Shown here piece by piece: positions 8,974 through 18,230 of a stretch of 64,000 bases of DNA. The stretch is from an uncultured Thermotogae bacterium (GTDB lineage: Bacteria; Bipolaricaulota; Bipolaricaulia; RBG-16-55-9), in contig CAZMNF010000001.1 in the NCBI GenBank assembly GCA_964567595.1, positions 48,531 to 112,530 of the forward strand, read 5' to 3'. A program made the position numbers and the translations under genes. Positions within the stretch are counted from its first letter, which is position 1; the number at the start of each line of letters is the position of its first letter. The notes beneath the pieces are model-generated. The model saw only the letters and a program-made list of their open reading frames with translations, did not search any database and was not told the DNA's origin.

Positions 8974-9924
8974 CTAAAGATCCCTGGCGAACGTGATCCA
9001 GGCAGGTTGTTTGGCGTAGCCGAGCCGTTCGTTGAGGGCCAACATCGGGCGGTTAGTGCTCGCGTTCAAGGTCTTGATCGTTCGATAGTTGTGCTCGGCA
9101 GCGTACTGGATCGTCTTGAGCTTGAGCGCCAGGGCGAGCCCCTGGTGACGATAATCCCGACGGACGCCCGTCAAGCCCGTATAGAGTTCCTCGGGTGACG
9201 CTTGCGAGGCCCAGAGCGAGCTGACGCCCACGTAGTGATCTCCAGCCGTGGCAACGCAGTAGGCGTCGGGCAGCAGGTTCGGGTTTTGCAGGAACCGCCG
9301 CTTGAAGTGAGCAAAACTTATCCGCGTTCGCTCGTCGGGGAAGGGCACGTCCTCCAGAAGCTCCATGTCGAGCTCGTAGAGCTTTCGGTCGCGATCGGGG
9401 TCGTCGGCCAGTTCGCCGAGCGTCGTCAGGGTGATGCCGCGCTGGGCAACCTCATCCTCAAGCTCCGCGTACGGGGAGAAGTCAAAGGACGGCACCTCCA
9501 GGCGCGACTCCCGCGAGCGCATGACCTCCCTGAAGCCGCGCTTGGTCAAAAAGCGGACGCTGGCCTCGTCGTCCTCGCGTGCGAACGAGCGGAGCGTGAT
9601 CGGATCGAACGGGTCAAGGTCCATCATGAGATAATCGAACAACGCCGTGCCGATGCCCTTGCGCTGCTGATTCGGGTCGACGTAGACGCCGATCTCGAAC
9701 TTTTGCGGGTGATACATCGATGGCGACTGGTCGTACTCGGCGTGCCCGACGACCTGGCCGAACCGATCGGCGACGAAGCGCCGGAATCGACAGTTGGGGT
9801 CACGTTGCCCGTCTCGAGACTGGACTTCCTCGATCGATTTCGGGTATTCGGGGAAAAGCCGATTGCTGAGCTCGACAGTCGCCCCATAGTCCTCGCTCTC
9901 AAATGGCCGAACGTGGAGGTTCAT
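8974..9924 (-). CDS. tandem-GNAT-domain N-acetyltransferase
   Basis: 316 aa with two acetyl-CoA-binding blocks ('QQRKGIGTALF' and 'YRHQGLALALK'). Confidence 0.75.
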   Translation of the reverse strand: MNLHVRPFESEDYGATVELSNRLFPEYPKSIEEVQSRDGQRDPNCRFRRFVADRFGQVVGHAEYDQSPSMYHPQKFEIGVYVDPNQQRKGIGTALFDYLMMDLDPFDPITLRSFAREDDEASVRFLTKRGFREVMRSRESRLEVPSFDFSPYAELEDEVAQRGITLTTLGELADDPDRDRKLYELDMELLEDVPFPDERTRISFAHFKRRFLQNPNLLPDAYCVATAGDHYVGVSSLWASQASPEELYTGLTGVRRDYRHQGLALALKLKTIQYAAEHNYRTIKTLNASTNRPMLALNERLGYAKQPAWITFARDL

Positions 9925-10038
9925 GGCCCTGGTTCCCGTGTCGGATCACAGCGATCACGGAGCGCACAGGAATCGACGTCGTTCGCCAAAGCGACGATCC
10001 GACGGCGATTGCTCCGGATGGCGTGTGGGGCGGTATCG

Positions 10039-10416
10039 TCAGCCCGTGCCTTGGTCGGCTCCGGAGGCGGCCGCTTGCTGTTGTTGAGCTTGCGTCGCCT
10101 GCTTGATCAATTCGCGGCTCTGGCCGATCGGGTATTTCTCGTGGAACTCGTCGATGCTCATGCGGTAGTAATCCAGGTTTTTGTCGGTGAAGAGGCTGAA
10201 CGGTCCCGGCACGTCCTCCTCGGGGTAGACGGCCCGGACGGGACAGACGGCCATGCAGGCGCCGCAGTTGATGCACGTCTGGGGATCGATGTAGAGCTGT
10301 TCCACGTCCTCGAAGTAGTTCTCGCCCTCTTTGGGATGGATGCAGTCGACGGGGCAGACTTTTTCGCACTCGGTCGCTTTGGTCCCGATGCAGGCCTGCG
10401 TAATGACGAAAGACAT
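10039..10416 (-). CDS. fdxA: 7Fe-type ferredoxin ([3Fe-4S]+[4Fe-4S]) with a Q-rich C-terminal tail
   Basis: 'CIGTKATECEKVCPVDCI' and 'CINCGACMAVCPVRAV', an FdxA-like cysteine pattern. Confidence 0.8.
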   Translation of the reverse strand: MSFVITQACIGTKATECEKVCPVDCIHPKEGENYFEDVEQLYIDPQTCINCGACMAVCPVRAVYPEEDVPGPFSLFTDKNLDYYRMSIDEFHEKYPIGQSRELIKQATQAQQQQAAASGADQGTG

Positions 10417-10506
10417 GGGTCGATCACCTCGAAAGATCGTCGGTCGGCAACGAGCGGTCCATTTGGGGGTCCCTTGGACGTGCCGGCGCCCGTACGCGAC
10501 GGCCGT

Positions 10507-11271
10507 CTAGGCGGCCTTCTCGAGTTGGGTCATGAACTCGGCCATGGCGTCGTTCAGCGCCTCGGGCCGTTCCAGCATGACCATGTGCCCAGCGTTCTCC
10601 ATCACCCTAAGGTACGCGTTGGGAATCGCGTCTCGCAAGTGCTCGCTGTATTTGACGGGCGTCATCTGATCGTTCTCGCCGACGGCCACAAGCGTCGGGA
10701 TGTCGATCTCGCCGAGTCGATCCATCACGTCGAACGCGTCGCAGGCGCGGAAGTCTCGCGCGGCCGCTGCTTGGCCGTTCGCTTGCAGCTGGGCGCGGGC
10801 CTGCTCGCGCAACTCCTCAGAAGCCGATGCCGCAAAGAGCCAGGGGGCCAACAGGTCGGCAGCCTCCTTGAGATTGCGGTCGATGGTGGCCAGCAGGTCG
10901 GGATGGACGCGGAGCTTGCCGCCGGTGCCGATCAGGCCGATCCCGCGCAGGTTGTCGGGATGATCCAGCGCAAGCGTCTGGGCGACGGCGCCGCCGAGCG
11001 AGTGGCCCATGACCACCGTTGGCCGCTCCATGTCGTCGAGAACGGCCTGGACGTCGGCGACGTAAGTGGCGATGGCGTCGCCGTCGCGATGGGTGCTGCG
11101 GCCGTGGCCGTTCAGGTCAAGCGCCGCGACCGTGAAGCGATCCTTCAACGCCTGGAGCTGATGGCCCCAGACCGTGTGGTCGCTCCCCGATCCGTGAACG
11201 AGGAGCAAGGGAGGGCCCTGACCCGCTTGCGCGTAGGAGACCGGCCGACCGTCGACCTCAACGGTCGGCAT
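10507..11271 (-). CDS. alpha/beta-fold hydrolase
   Basis: 'LLLVHGSG', nucleophile elbow 'GHSLGG', and a C-terminal 'GHMVMLE'. Confidence 0.8.
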   Translation of the reverse strand: MPTVEVDGRPVSYAQAGQGPPLLLVHGSGSDHTVWGHQLQALKDRFTVAALDLNGHGRSTHRDGDAIATYVADVQAVLDDMERPTVVMGHSLGGAVAQTLALDHPDNLRGIGLIGTGGKLRVHPDLLATIDRNLKEAADLLAPWLFAASASEELREQARAQLQANGQAAAARDFRACDAFDVMDRLGEIDIPTLVAVGENDQMTPVKYSEHLRDAIPNAYLRVMENAGHMVMLERPEALNDAMAEFMTQLEKAA

Positions 11272-13348
11272 GGCGCTCGCCTTCCACGACGAGTTGGGAA
11301 AGATCGCCCACGGCTTGGAACAGTTCCCGAATCCAAGTCAGGAAGGCGAGACGGTTCTCGCGCACCAGGTGGTCCTTGGCCATCACGAGCACGTCCTCAA
11401 AGTAGGCGTCGATCGGCTCCTGTAGCGCCAATAGCCGCTCGACCATGCCGGCGAAGTCGCCCGAAGCCGCCAGTTGCTCCATCTGGCCTTCGGCCTTGAG
11501 GGCCGCCCGCCACAGGGCTTGCTCCGCATCCTCGGTGAAGTACTGCGGGTGGAAGTGCTTGGCCGAGCGGTCGCGCGTGATGTTGGCGACGCGCTCGAAG
11601 GCGTGCACGAGCGTGCGGAAGCGCTCGTCCTCGCGGACGTCCCGGATGGCTTGGGCGCGTTGCCGCGTCCGAAGCGGGTTCAGCTCGGGCACGGCGGTCA
11701 CCGAGTCCACAATGTCGTGCGCGAGCCCGTGGCGCTCGCGCAGCTCGCGCCCCAGTCGCTCGCGGACGAACGACCGGACCTCGTCCAGTGATGCCCGGTC
11801 GGGGAGGAAGCCGTAGAGCGCTTCGATGTCGTCCAGGACCCCGTTCAGATCCAGATCGAGATCCCGCTCGACGAGAATACGCACGATGCCGTTCGTCTTG
11901 CGGCGAATGCCGAGCGGGTCGCGCGACCCCGTGGGCGCTTCGCCCAACAGCAACGAGCCCACGACGGTATCCAGCTTGTCGGCGAGGCTGACGACGATGC
12001 CCACGGACGTTTCGGGCGACGGATCGGCCGCGGTCTTGGGTTGATAGTGCTCGTATATGCCCGCGCAGACGGGCTCGGGATGCCCATCGAGGCGCGCGTA
12101 GATGCCGCCCATGCGGCCTTCCAAGTCGGGAAACTCGCCGACCATCTGGGTAAGCAGATCGGCCTTGCTGAGCCGGACGGCCGAGTCAATATGGGCTTGG
12201 TGGCCGGCCCAGTCGAGCCGCTCCGTCAGCTTGTGGGCGATCTGGCGCATCCGCTCGACTTTGTCATGGATCGTGCCGAGCTGTTCCTGATAGATGACGC
12301 GGTTGAGCCCATCCGCCAATGCGTCGAGCGACGTCCGGCGATCCTCCTCAAAGAAGAACGCCGAGTCCTCCAAACGAGCCACGACGACGCGCTCGTAGCC
12401 CTGGCGCACGACCTCATCCTGGCCCGTCGAGCCATCGCGGAAGCCGACGAAGTACGGCGATGCCTTCGCGCCCACGGCGAACGGGACGAACTTTTGATGT
12501 TCCACGAGCGTCGTCTCCAGCACCTCGCGCGGCAGCTCCAAGAATCGCTCGGGGAACTGCCCCAGCACGGGGGCCGGATTCTCCAGGTTGTCCGCGATTT
12601 CGGCACGAAGATCGTCGCTCAGCGCCGGATGGGCCTTGATGTCGTTGGCGATCGTCGCCAGCGCCGAGTTGATCGCCTCGCGTCGGTCCTCGGGATCGAG
12701 CACGACCCCGTTGTCCGCCAGCACCTGGAAGTAGCGTTCGACGTTGGGGACCTCGATTTCGTCCGCGCCGAGCAGCCGGTGGCCGCGCGTGACCGTGCCG
12801 GACTGGAGTCGCCCCAGGCGCACGTCGATGGCCGTGTCGCCGTAGAGGCTGAGCAGCCAGCGTATAGGGCGGATGAAGCGGAGTCCCGACTCGTCCCAGC
12901 GCATGGTCTCCGACGGCGCCAACGAGCGGACGCTCGTCGGTGCCAGCTCGCTCAGCACCTCGGGGGTCTCGCGCCCCTCCACGCGTTTCTCCGCGAAGAT
13001 GTAGTCGCCTTGGTCAGTCGATTTGACGACGAGGTCGTCGACGGCCACGCCTTGGCTGCGGGCGAAGCCTTCGGCGGCCTGGGTTGGGGTGCCGTCGTCG
13101 TCAAAGCCAATGTGTTTGGCCGGACCACGGGCCTCGTCGACGGTGTCGGGTTGGCGCTCGTCCAGCCCTTGGACATGGAGCGTCAGCCGACGCGGCGTGT
13201 AGTAGACGGCCACGGCGTCGTAGTCGAGCCGTGCCTCCGTCAACTTAGTCTGGGCCGCCGCCTCCAGTTGCTCGGCCAGTCGCGGGGACTCCTTGGGCGG
13301 CAGCTCCTCCACGCCGATCTCAAACAGCCAGTCTCGTGCCATGCGCAT
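11258..13348 (-). CDS. glyS: glycine--tRNA ligase beta subunit
   Basis: 696 aa with N-terminus 'LFEIGVEELPPK', directly downstream of glyQ. Confidence 0.9.
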   Translation of the reverse strand: MRMARDWLFEIGVEELPPKESPRLAEQLEAAAQTKLTEARLDYDAVAVYYTPRRLTLHVQGLDERQPDTVDEARGPAKHIGFDDDGTPTQAAEGFARSQGVAVDDLVVKSTDQGDYIFAEKRVEGRETPEVLSELAPTSVRSLAPSETMRWDESGLRFIRPIRWLLSLYGDTAIDVRLGRLQSGTVTRGHRLLGADEIEVPNVERYFQVLADNGVVLDPEDRREAINSALATIANDIKAHPALSDDLRAEIADNLENPAPVLGQFPERFLELPREVLETTLVEHQKFVPFAVGAKASPYFVGFRDGSTGQDEVVRQGYERVVVARLEDSAFFFEEDRRTSLDALADGLNRVIYQEQLGTIHDKVERMRQIAHKLTERLDWAGHQAHIDSAVRLSKADLLTQMVGEFPDLEGRMGGIYARLDGHPEPVCAGIYEHYQPKTAADPSPETSVGIVVSLADKLDTVVGSLLLGEAPTGSRDPLGIRRKTNGIVRILVERDLDLDLNGVLDDIEALYGFLPDRASLDEVRSFVRERLGRELRERHGLAHDIVDSVTAVPELNPLRTRQRAQAIRDVREDERFRTLVHAFERVANITRDRSAKHFHPQYFTEDAEQALWRAALKAEGQMEQLAASGDFAGMVERLLALQEPIDAYFEDVLVMAKDHLVRENRLAFLTWIRELFQAVGDLSQLVVEGERHADR

Positions 13349-13391
13349 GAACCCCTGACGTGTGGTTTCGATGGCTCAGAGCACGCGAACG

Positions 13392-14282
13392 CTAGCTGGC
13401 GGCCGTGGCGCCGACGTCGCTCGGGTCGGCCTCGTCCGTCGGCTCCAGGCTGGCCAGATATGCCTCTGCGCAGCCCCGGGCGAGATCCTGGATGCGGCCG
13501 ATGTAGCGCTCGCGCTCGGTCGTACTGATCGCCCGGCGCGCGTCCAAAAGATTAAACAAATGCGAACATTTGGCCATGTGGTCGTACGCAATGTAGGGCA
13601 TCTGATGGTCAATCAGCCGCAAGGACTCGCGCTCGTGATGCCCGAAAAGCTCGAACAAAAGATCGACGTCGGCCACGTCGAAGTTGTAATGGCAGTTCTC
13701 CCGCTCCATGGGCAGGTGGAGCTCGCCGTAGGTGGTGTCGTCCGTCCAGCGGAGGTCCCAGACGGTGTCGACGTTCTGCACCGCCATGGCGATCCGCTCC
13801 ATCCCGTAGGTCAGCTCGCACGAGATGGGCTCAAGCTCCACCCCGCCGACTTGTTGGAAGTACGTGAATTGGGAAATCTCCAACCCGTCCAGCACGACCT
13901 CCCAGCCAAGGCCGGCCGCGCCCTGAGTCGGGCTGGTCCAGTCGTCCTTTTCAAAGCGGACGTCGTGGCGCTCCAGGTCGATGCCGAGCGCGTCCAGGCT
14001 CTGCAAATAGAGGTCCTGCACTTCATCCGGGGAGGGTTTCAGAATCACTTGGTACTGGTAGTAGTACTGCATCCGGATGGGGTTGTCGCCGTAGCGCCCA
14101 TCCGTCGGCCGGCGCGACGGCTCCACGTAGCCGACGTTCCACGGCTTCTCGCCCAGCACGCCGAAGAACGTGGCCGGGTTGAAGGTCCCGGCCCCGACTT
14201 CGATGTCGTAGGGCTGTAGCAGCATGCAACCATGCTCGTCCCAAAACCGCTGTAGGGCGAGCAGGAGTTGCTGAAAGTTCAT
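13392..14282 (-). CDS. glyQ: glycine--tRNA ligase alpha subunit
   Basis: '[26 protein letters not shown]...'. Start set at the internal ATG at 14282. The 71 codons upstream in the ORF overlap rplT and are Arg/Pro/Ser junk. Confidence 0.9.
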   Translation of the reverse strand: MNFQQLLLALQRFWDEHGCMLLQPYDIEVGAGTFNPATFFGVLGEKPWNVGYVEPSRRPTDGRYGDNPIRMQYYYQYQVILKPSPDEVQDLYLQSLDALGIDLERHDVRFEKDDWTSPTQGAAGLGWEVVLDGLEISQFTYFQQVGGVELEPISCELTYGMERIAMAVQNVDTVWDLRWTDDTTYGELHLPMERENCHYNFDVADVDLLFELFGHHERESLRLIDHQMPYIAYDHMAKCSHLFNLLDARRAISTTERERYIGRIQDLARGCAEAYLASLEPTDEADPSDVGATAAS

Positions 14283-14325
14283 CGTCGACTCACGCTCGGG
14301 CGATCGAGGGTTGAAGACCCATGTC

Positions 14326-14706
14326 TCAGGCCGCCACGGCTTCCTTGGCGTCCTCGGGCAGGTGCTCCTTGGCCAGCTCGACGACCGCGGCGAAGCCCTC
14401 CGGGTCGCGAACGGCCATCTCGGCCAGCATCTTGCGGTTGAGCTGCACCTCGGCCTCGCGAAGCCCCTGCATGAAGCGCGAGTACGGCAGCCCATTCTGA
14501 CGGCTGGCGGCGTTGATTCGCGTGATCCAGAGTTTGCGGAAGTCGCGCTTGCGCAGCCTCCGGCTGATGTAGGCGTTGCGCTGGGCCTTCAAGACGCGCT
14601 GCTTGGCCATTCGGTAGGCGGAGTTCCGCTTGCCGCGGAAGCCCTTGGCCTGACGCATGATTCGTTTGCGCCGCTTGCGACGGATGTTGCCTCGTTTGAC
14701 TCGCAT
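14326..14706 (-). CDS. rplT: 50S ribosomal protein L20
   Basis: '[27 protein letters not shown]'. Confidence 0.95.
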   Translation of the reverse strand: MRVKRGNIRRKRRKRIMRQAKGFRGKRNSAYRMAKQRVLKAQRNAYISRRLRKRDFRKLWITRINAASRQNGLPYSRFMQGLREAEVQLNRKMLAEMAVRDPEGFAAVVELAKEHLPEDAKEAVAA

Positions 14707-14730
14707 GGGTCACTCTCCTCCGTTCGATCG

Positions 14731-14808
14731 GTCCCTGTAGGGACTGACGTCGATCGTTGGCCGCCTCCTTCCGAGCGATCACTTAACTGCTAGAACGGAA
14801 GGGGCGGC
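14731..14808 (-). other. two stem-loops in the 104-nt rpmI-rplT spacer
   Basis: A 13-bp stem at 14760-14773 / 14796-14808 with one bulged T, and a GTCCC-TGTA-GGGAC hairpin at 14731-14744. Confidence 0.5.
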
Positions 14809-14810
14809 TT

Positions 14811-15020
14811 TTAGTCGTTGCCCGAAATCGACATCCAGTTCTGATAATTGCGTTCCTTCTGGTCCTTCAAGGTCGTGCCCTTGCGGGCCTGGCGAACGCG
14901 CTTCTTGCGCTTTTTCATGTTCTTGTGGTGATAACCGCTTTTGGCGGACCGGACCTTGCCGTTCTTCGACATCTTGAAACGCTTGGCCATGCCGCTGTGC
15001 TTTTTCGGCTTGCGAGCCAT
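14811..15020 (-). CDS. rpmI: 50S ribosomal protein L35
   Basis: 'MARKPKKHSGMAKRFKMSKNGKVRSAKSGYHH'. Start at the internal ATG at 15020. Confidence 0.9.
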   Translation of the reverse strand: MARKPKKHSGMAKRFKMSKNGKVRSAKSGYHHKNMKKRKKRVRQARKGTTLKDQKERNYQNWMSISGND

Positions 15021-15051
15021 GTGTTTTCCCTCCTCCACCTGCATGGGGCTG

Positions 15052-15576
15052 TCAGTCGCCGTCTCCGCTCTTGTCGGCATCGGGAATGATCATCATCTGC
15101 AGCGCGCGGCCGCGTTGCGTGGGGCCCGACTCCACACGCCCCACGTCCTGAACCTCGTCTTTGAGCCGCTCGAGCATCTCTCGACCGCGATCCATGTGGA
15201 CGATCTCGCGACCGCGGAAGATCATCGTGACCCGGACGCGATCTTCGCCCTTCAGGAAGCGCTTGATGTGCCGAATCTTGGTGTCAAAGTCGTGCTCATC
15301 GATTCGGGACGTCAAGCGCATCTCCTTCAGCTGTTGAGATTTCTGCTGCTTGCGCTCCTTCTTCTCCTGACGATACTTGTACTTGCCGTAGTCGACGATC
15401 TTGCAGACCGGCGGATCCGCCTGAGGGGCGACCTCAACGAGGTCAAGCCCTTGATCCTTCGCCTTTTGGAGAGCGTCCTGGATCGACATGATGCCGACCT
15501 GCTCGCCGTTCGGGTCAACGACGCGCACCTCGTCGGCGCGAATGCCCTCATTGACCCGTGGAGACCCTTTAGCGAT
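15052..15576 (-). CDS. infC: translation initiation factor IF-3, non-AUG (ATC) start
   Basis: 'IAKGSPRVNEGIRADEVRVVDPNGEQVGI...' is collinear with the IF-3 N-terminus. GAGGAGG lies 5 nt upstream of ATC 15576. No in-frame ATG/GTG/TTG is found between the promoter and residue ~31. Confidence 0.85.
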   Translation of the reverse strand: MAKGSPRVNEGIRADEVRVVDPNGEQVGIMSIQDALQKAKDQGLDLVEVAPQADPPVCKIVDYGKYKYRQEKKERKQQKSQQLKEMRLTSRIDEHDFDTKIRHIKRFLKGEDRVRVTMIFRGREIVHMDRGREMLERLKDEVQDVGRVESGPTQRGRALQMMIIPDADKSGDGD

Positions 15577-15632
15577 ACCTACCTCCTCAAAGCGTGTGTG
15601 GAAGTCGAATTGTAGGTTGCACGTCGCGGCGC

Positions 15633-15661
15633 AACATAGCACATCCCCTTACGGCTGTCAA
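15633..15661 (-). promoter_or_regulatory. sigma70-type promoter TTGACA-17-TATGTT for infC-rpmI-rplT
   Basis: Read on the minus strand: TTGACAgccgtaaggggatgtgcTATGTT, about 57 nt upstream of the infC start. Confidence 0.6.
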
Positions 15662-15764
15662 CTTGCGCCACAACCGTTTTATCGCGCTTCAACCTCGGCG
15701 TTGCGATGGCTTGGCTAGTGCCGTGCCCATCGGGCTAACTCGGCCTACATGGCCTATCGTAACG

Positions 15765-17051
15765 TCAATCGGGCTGATATTCGAATTCGAGCCCGGCTAG
15801 ATAGACGGGGTCGCCCTCTTGGGCGCCTTCGCGGCGCAACGCAGCAAATACCCCGAGCTCGTCCAGTCGATGCTCGAGATAGGCCACGGCGTCCGGCTCG
15901 TCGACGTTGAGCCGCGCGAGGCGCTCGACCTCCTGACCCTCGACGATGAATCCGTCCTCGTCCCGAACGACGCGCACGTTCGGGGCTGCGGGCTCCGGGC
16001 GATAGACCCGTGGCTCGGGCTCAGGGGCGGGGGCGTCGTCCGCTTCCGGCTGTTCCTCCAGCTCGCGCAGCTTCCGGTCGCACGCCTGAATGATCGCCGT
16101 GAGTCCCTGTCCCTGCGCCGCAGAGACGAAGATCGGCTCGATGCCGAGGTCGTGGAATCGCTCCTGAGTCCGCGCCTGCGCCGCTTCGTCCATGAGATCG
16201 ACCTTGTTGCCCACGACGATCTGGGGCTTGTCGACGAGCTGTGGCGCGAACGCCTCCAGCTCCTCGTTGAGCGTGTGATAGTCCTCGATGGGATCGCGAC
16301 CTTCCCAGCCCGACGCGTCGATGACATGAACGAGCACCTGCGTGCGCTCCACGTGCTTCAGGAACCGATCGCCCAGTCCCTTGCCGCCGTGGGCGCCGGC
16401 GATGAGGCCGGGAATGTCGACGATGACGAAGTCGCGCTCGTCGTCGATTTTGACCGTCCCGAGGTGAGGCGCCAGCGTCGTAAACGGGTACGCGGCGATC
16501 TTGGGCTGCTTGTTCGTGACCGTGGACAAAAGCGTCGATTTGCCGGCGTTCGGCACCCCGACAAGCCCAACGTCGGCCAGGATCTTCAGCTCCAGCTTCA
16601 CCCAAAGCTCGTCGCCGGGCTCGCCCTTCTCGTAGATATGCGGCGCTTGCCGCGTGGAGCTCTTGAAGTGGACGTTGCCGCGGCCGCCCTCGCCGCCGTG
16701 GGCGAGCTTGACCTTCTGCTTGGGCCGCTGCAGGTCGGCGAGCACTTCCTGAGTGTGGAGCTGCTTGACGACCGTGCCCACCGGCACGTCGACCACCATC
16801 GGCTTCCCCTTGCGCCCGCGACGGTCGTTGGACGCTCCCGTCTGGCCGCGCTCCGCCTTCCAGTGGATCTGCTCGGTGAACTTCTGCAGCGTCCGGACCT
16901 TGGGGTTGGCCCGCAAGATCACGTCGCCGCCGTCGCCGCCGTCGCCGCCGTCCGGGCCGCCTTTGGGGCGGTGCTTCTCGCGGCGAAAGCTCATGGAGCC
17001 ATGGCCGCCCGAACCGGAGACGAGGCAGATCTTGGCCTCATCAATGAACAT
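15765..17051 (-). CDS. obg: GTPase Obg/CgtA
   Basis: 'MFIDEAKI...GGDGGDGG', G1 motif 'GVPNAGKST', and a C-terminal OCT domain. Confidence 0.95.
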   Translation of the reverse strand: MFIDEAKICLVSGSGGHGSMSFRREKHRPKGGPDGGDGGDGGDVILRANPKVRTLQKFTEQIHWKAERGQTGASNDRRGRKGKPMVVDVPVGTVVKQLHTQEVLADLQRPKQKVKLAHGGEGGRGNVHFKSSTRQAPHIYEKGEPGDELWVKLELKILADVGLVGVPNAGKSTLLSTVTNKQPKIAAYPFTTLAPHLGTVKIDDERDFVIVDIPGLIAGAHGGKGLGDRFLKHVERTQVLVHVIDASGWEGRDPIEDYHTLNEELEAFAPQLVDKPQIVVGNKVDLMDEAAQARTQERFHDLGIEPIFVSAAQGQGLTAIIQACDRKLRELEEQPEADDAPAPEPEPRVYRPEPAAPNVRVVRDEDGFIVEGQEVERLARLNVDEPDAVAYLEHRLDELGVFAALRREGAQEGDPVYLAGLEFEYQPD

Positions 17052-17197
17052 GCTGGGTAACTGACCTCAATGAATGCGTTGGTCTATCGGGGATGAGCCC
17101 GTGCTTCGCCTCGACGATTGTGCCAACCGACCTTCGTGGTTCCGTGAGGCGTTACCGTGTGGCTCCTCAGTAACGGGCAATCGTGGCGGGTGGGCAA

Positions 17198-17431
17198 CTA
17201 GAGGACGTTGACGAATCGGCCTTGGAACTCGACCTCGCCTTCCCGCTTGGCGAAGAGCGTGTCGTCGCGGCCGATGCCGACGCCTACCCCGGGCTTGAAC
17301 TTCGTCCCGCGCTGCCGCACGAGGATCTCGCCGGTCTTGACCGCGTGGCCGCCGAAGCGCTTGACGCCGAGTCGCTTCGAATGGCTATCGCGCCCGTTCT
17401 TGGTGCTGCCCATGCTTGTCTTATGGGCCAT
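17198..17431 (-). CDS. rpmA: 50S ribosomal protein L27 (no N-terminal pro-peptide)
   Basis: '[28 protein letters not shown]'. Confidence 0.95.
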   Translation of the reverse strand: MAHKTSMGSTKNGRDSHSKRLGVKRFGGHAVKTGEILVRQRGTKFKPGVGVGIGRDDTLFAKREGEVEFQGRFVNVL

Positions 17432-17492
17432 GGTGACTCCCTCCTTTCAGCTCAGATGGTTCCCAACTAGGGCCATTGGCGATCGTTCGCGA

Positions 17493-17834
17493 TCAGACGC
17501 TGACCTGGGCTGTCGTGTCCTTGACGGTTACGTGGTCGCCGTACTTGCGCTCGATCTCGTAAAGCCCCAACAGCATCGTCTCGAGGACGGCGTCGATCTC
17601 GCGGTTGAGAAGCTGATCGCGCTTCAACCGGAGCACCCACTCGTCCAGCTCGTTCTCGATCTCCGGATCAAGCTTGAGGTAGCGCTCCAGGCCGACCTTG
17701 GCCGTGTGCAACAGCGTCGTCACGCTCACCTCGGCCGCGAGCAGATCCGAGTCCGTCTCCTCGTCGTCGGAGCCGACCCAACGGATCTCGCGAATGCGCT
17801 GGTCTTCGTCGCGACTGATGTCAACCTGAATCAT
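17493..17834 (-). CDS. Prp (YsxB/DUF464)-like protein lacking the catalytic His and Cys
   Basis: Sits between rplU and rpmA. '[10 protein letters not shown]...[19 protein letters not shown]...[16 protein letters not shown]' is collinear with Prp 'MI.V.I...GHA....HD.VCA..SA...L..ML..L..I...Y'. Confidence 0.7.
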   Translation of the reverse strand: MIQVDISRDEDQRIREIRWVGSDDEETDSDLLAAEVSVTTLLHTAKVGLERYLKLDPEIENELDEWVLRLKRDQLLNREIDAVLETMLLGLYEIERKYGDHVTVKDTTAQVSV

Positions 17835-18151
17835 AGTTGGATCTCGCGAATGTGGCTCTGCGTGTAGCGCTGGCGGTGGCCCATCTTGCGCCGCTGCCGC
17901 TGCTTGCGCTTGTACGTGAGGACGGTGATCTTGTCGCCCTTGAACTCCTCGTCGACCGTGCCGACGACTTGCGCGCCGTCGACGTAGGGCTGGCCGACGG
18001 TGACCTCGTCCCCGTCGCGCACGAAAAGCACGCGGTCGAAGACGACCTCGTCGCCCGCGTCGTGGTCCGGCAGCCGCTCGGTAATGAGCGGCTCGCCCTC
18101 CTCAACGCGGTATTGCTTGCCACCGGTTTCCACCACTGCGTACTTCGCCAT
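17831..18151 (-). CDS. rplU: 50S ribosomal protein L21
   Basis: '[20 protein letters not shown]'. Confidence 0.95.
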   Translation of the reverse strand: MAKYAVVETGGKQYRVEEGEPLITERLPDHDAGDEVVFDRVLFVRDGDEVTVGQPYVDGAQVVGTVDEEFKGDKITVLTYKRKQRQRRKMGHRQRYTQSHIREIQL

Positions 18152-18190
18152 GAGTCGTCGTCACCTTGTTCGTCCGTCGGGTAGATGCGT

Positions 18191-18219
18191 ATTGTATCCG
18201 AGTCCCAAGGGCCTTTCAA
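18191..18219 (-). promoter_or_regulatory. sigma70-type promoter TTGAAA-17-TACAAT for rplU-prp-rpmA
   Basis: Minus strand reads TTGAAAggcccttgggactcggaTACAAT, about 40 nt upstream of the rplU ATG. Confidence 0.65.
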
Positions 18220-18230
18220 CACGACGTCGA

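Noticed and set aside
9202-11499. Very long ORFs antisense to well-supported genes. Examples: 9202-11499 (+, 765 aa), 27920-31171 (+, 1083 aa), 18000-19958 (+), 12041-13528 (+), 25041-26294 (-), 45408-47153 (-), 56619-58256 (-), 60713-62050 (-), 5018-6019 (-).
   Set aside because: Their translations are Arg/Gly/Ala/Pro/Asp-rich low-complexity strings with no recognisable motifs. Each lies opposite a gene with unmistakable family signatures (GNAT/GlyS, AcnA, MetG, ApgM, NuoL and others). They are the stop-poor shadow frames expected in high-GC DNA.
14283-14495. 71-codon N-terminal extension of the glyQ ORF, overlapping rplT.
   Set aside because: The extension is Arg/Pro/Ser/Trp-rich and overlaps the L20 gene. 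GlyQ homology begins exactly at MNFQQLL (ATG 14282). The same reasoning was used to trim the rpmI, rnhB, ABM, DmpA, M32, OsmC, usp, korA, pntAA and rpiA ORFs.
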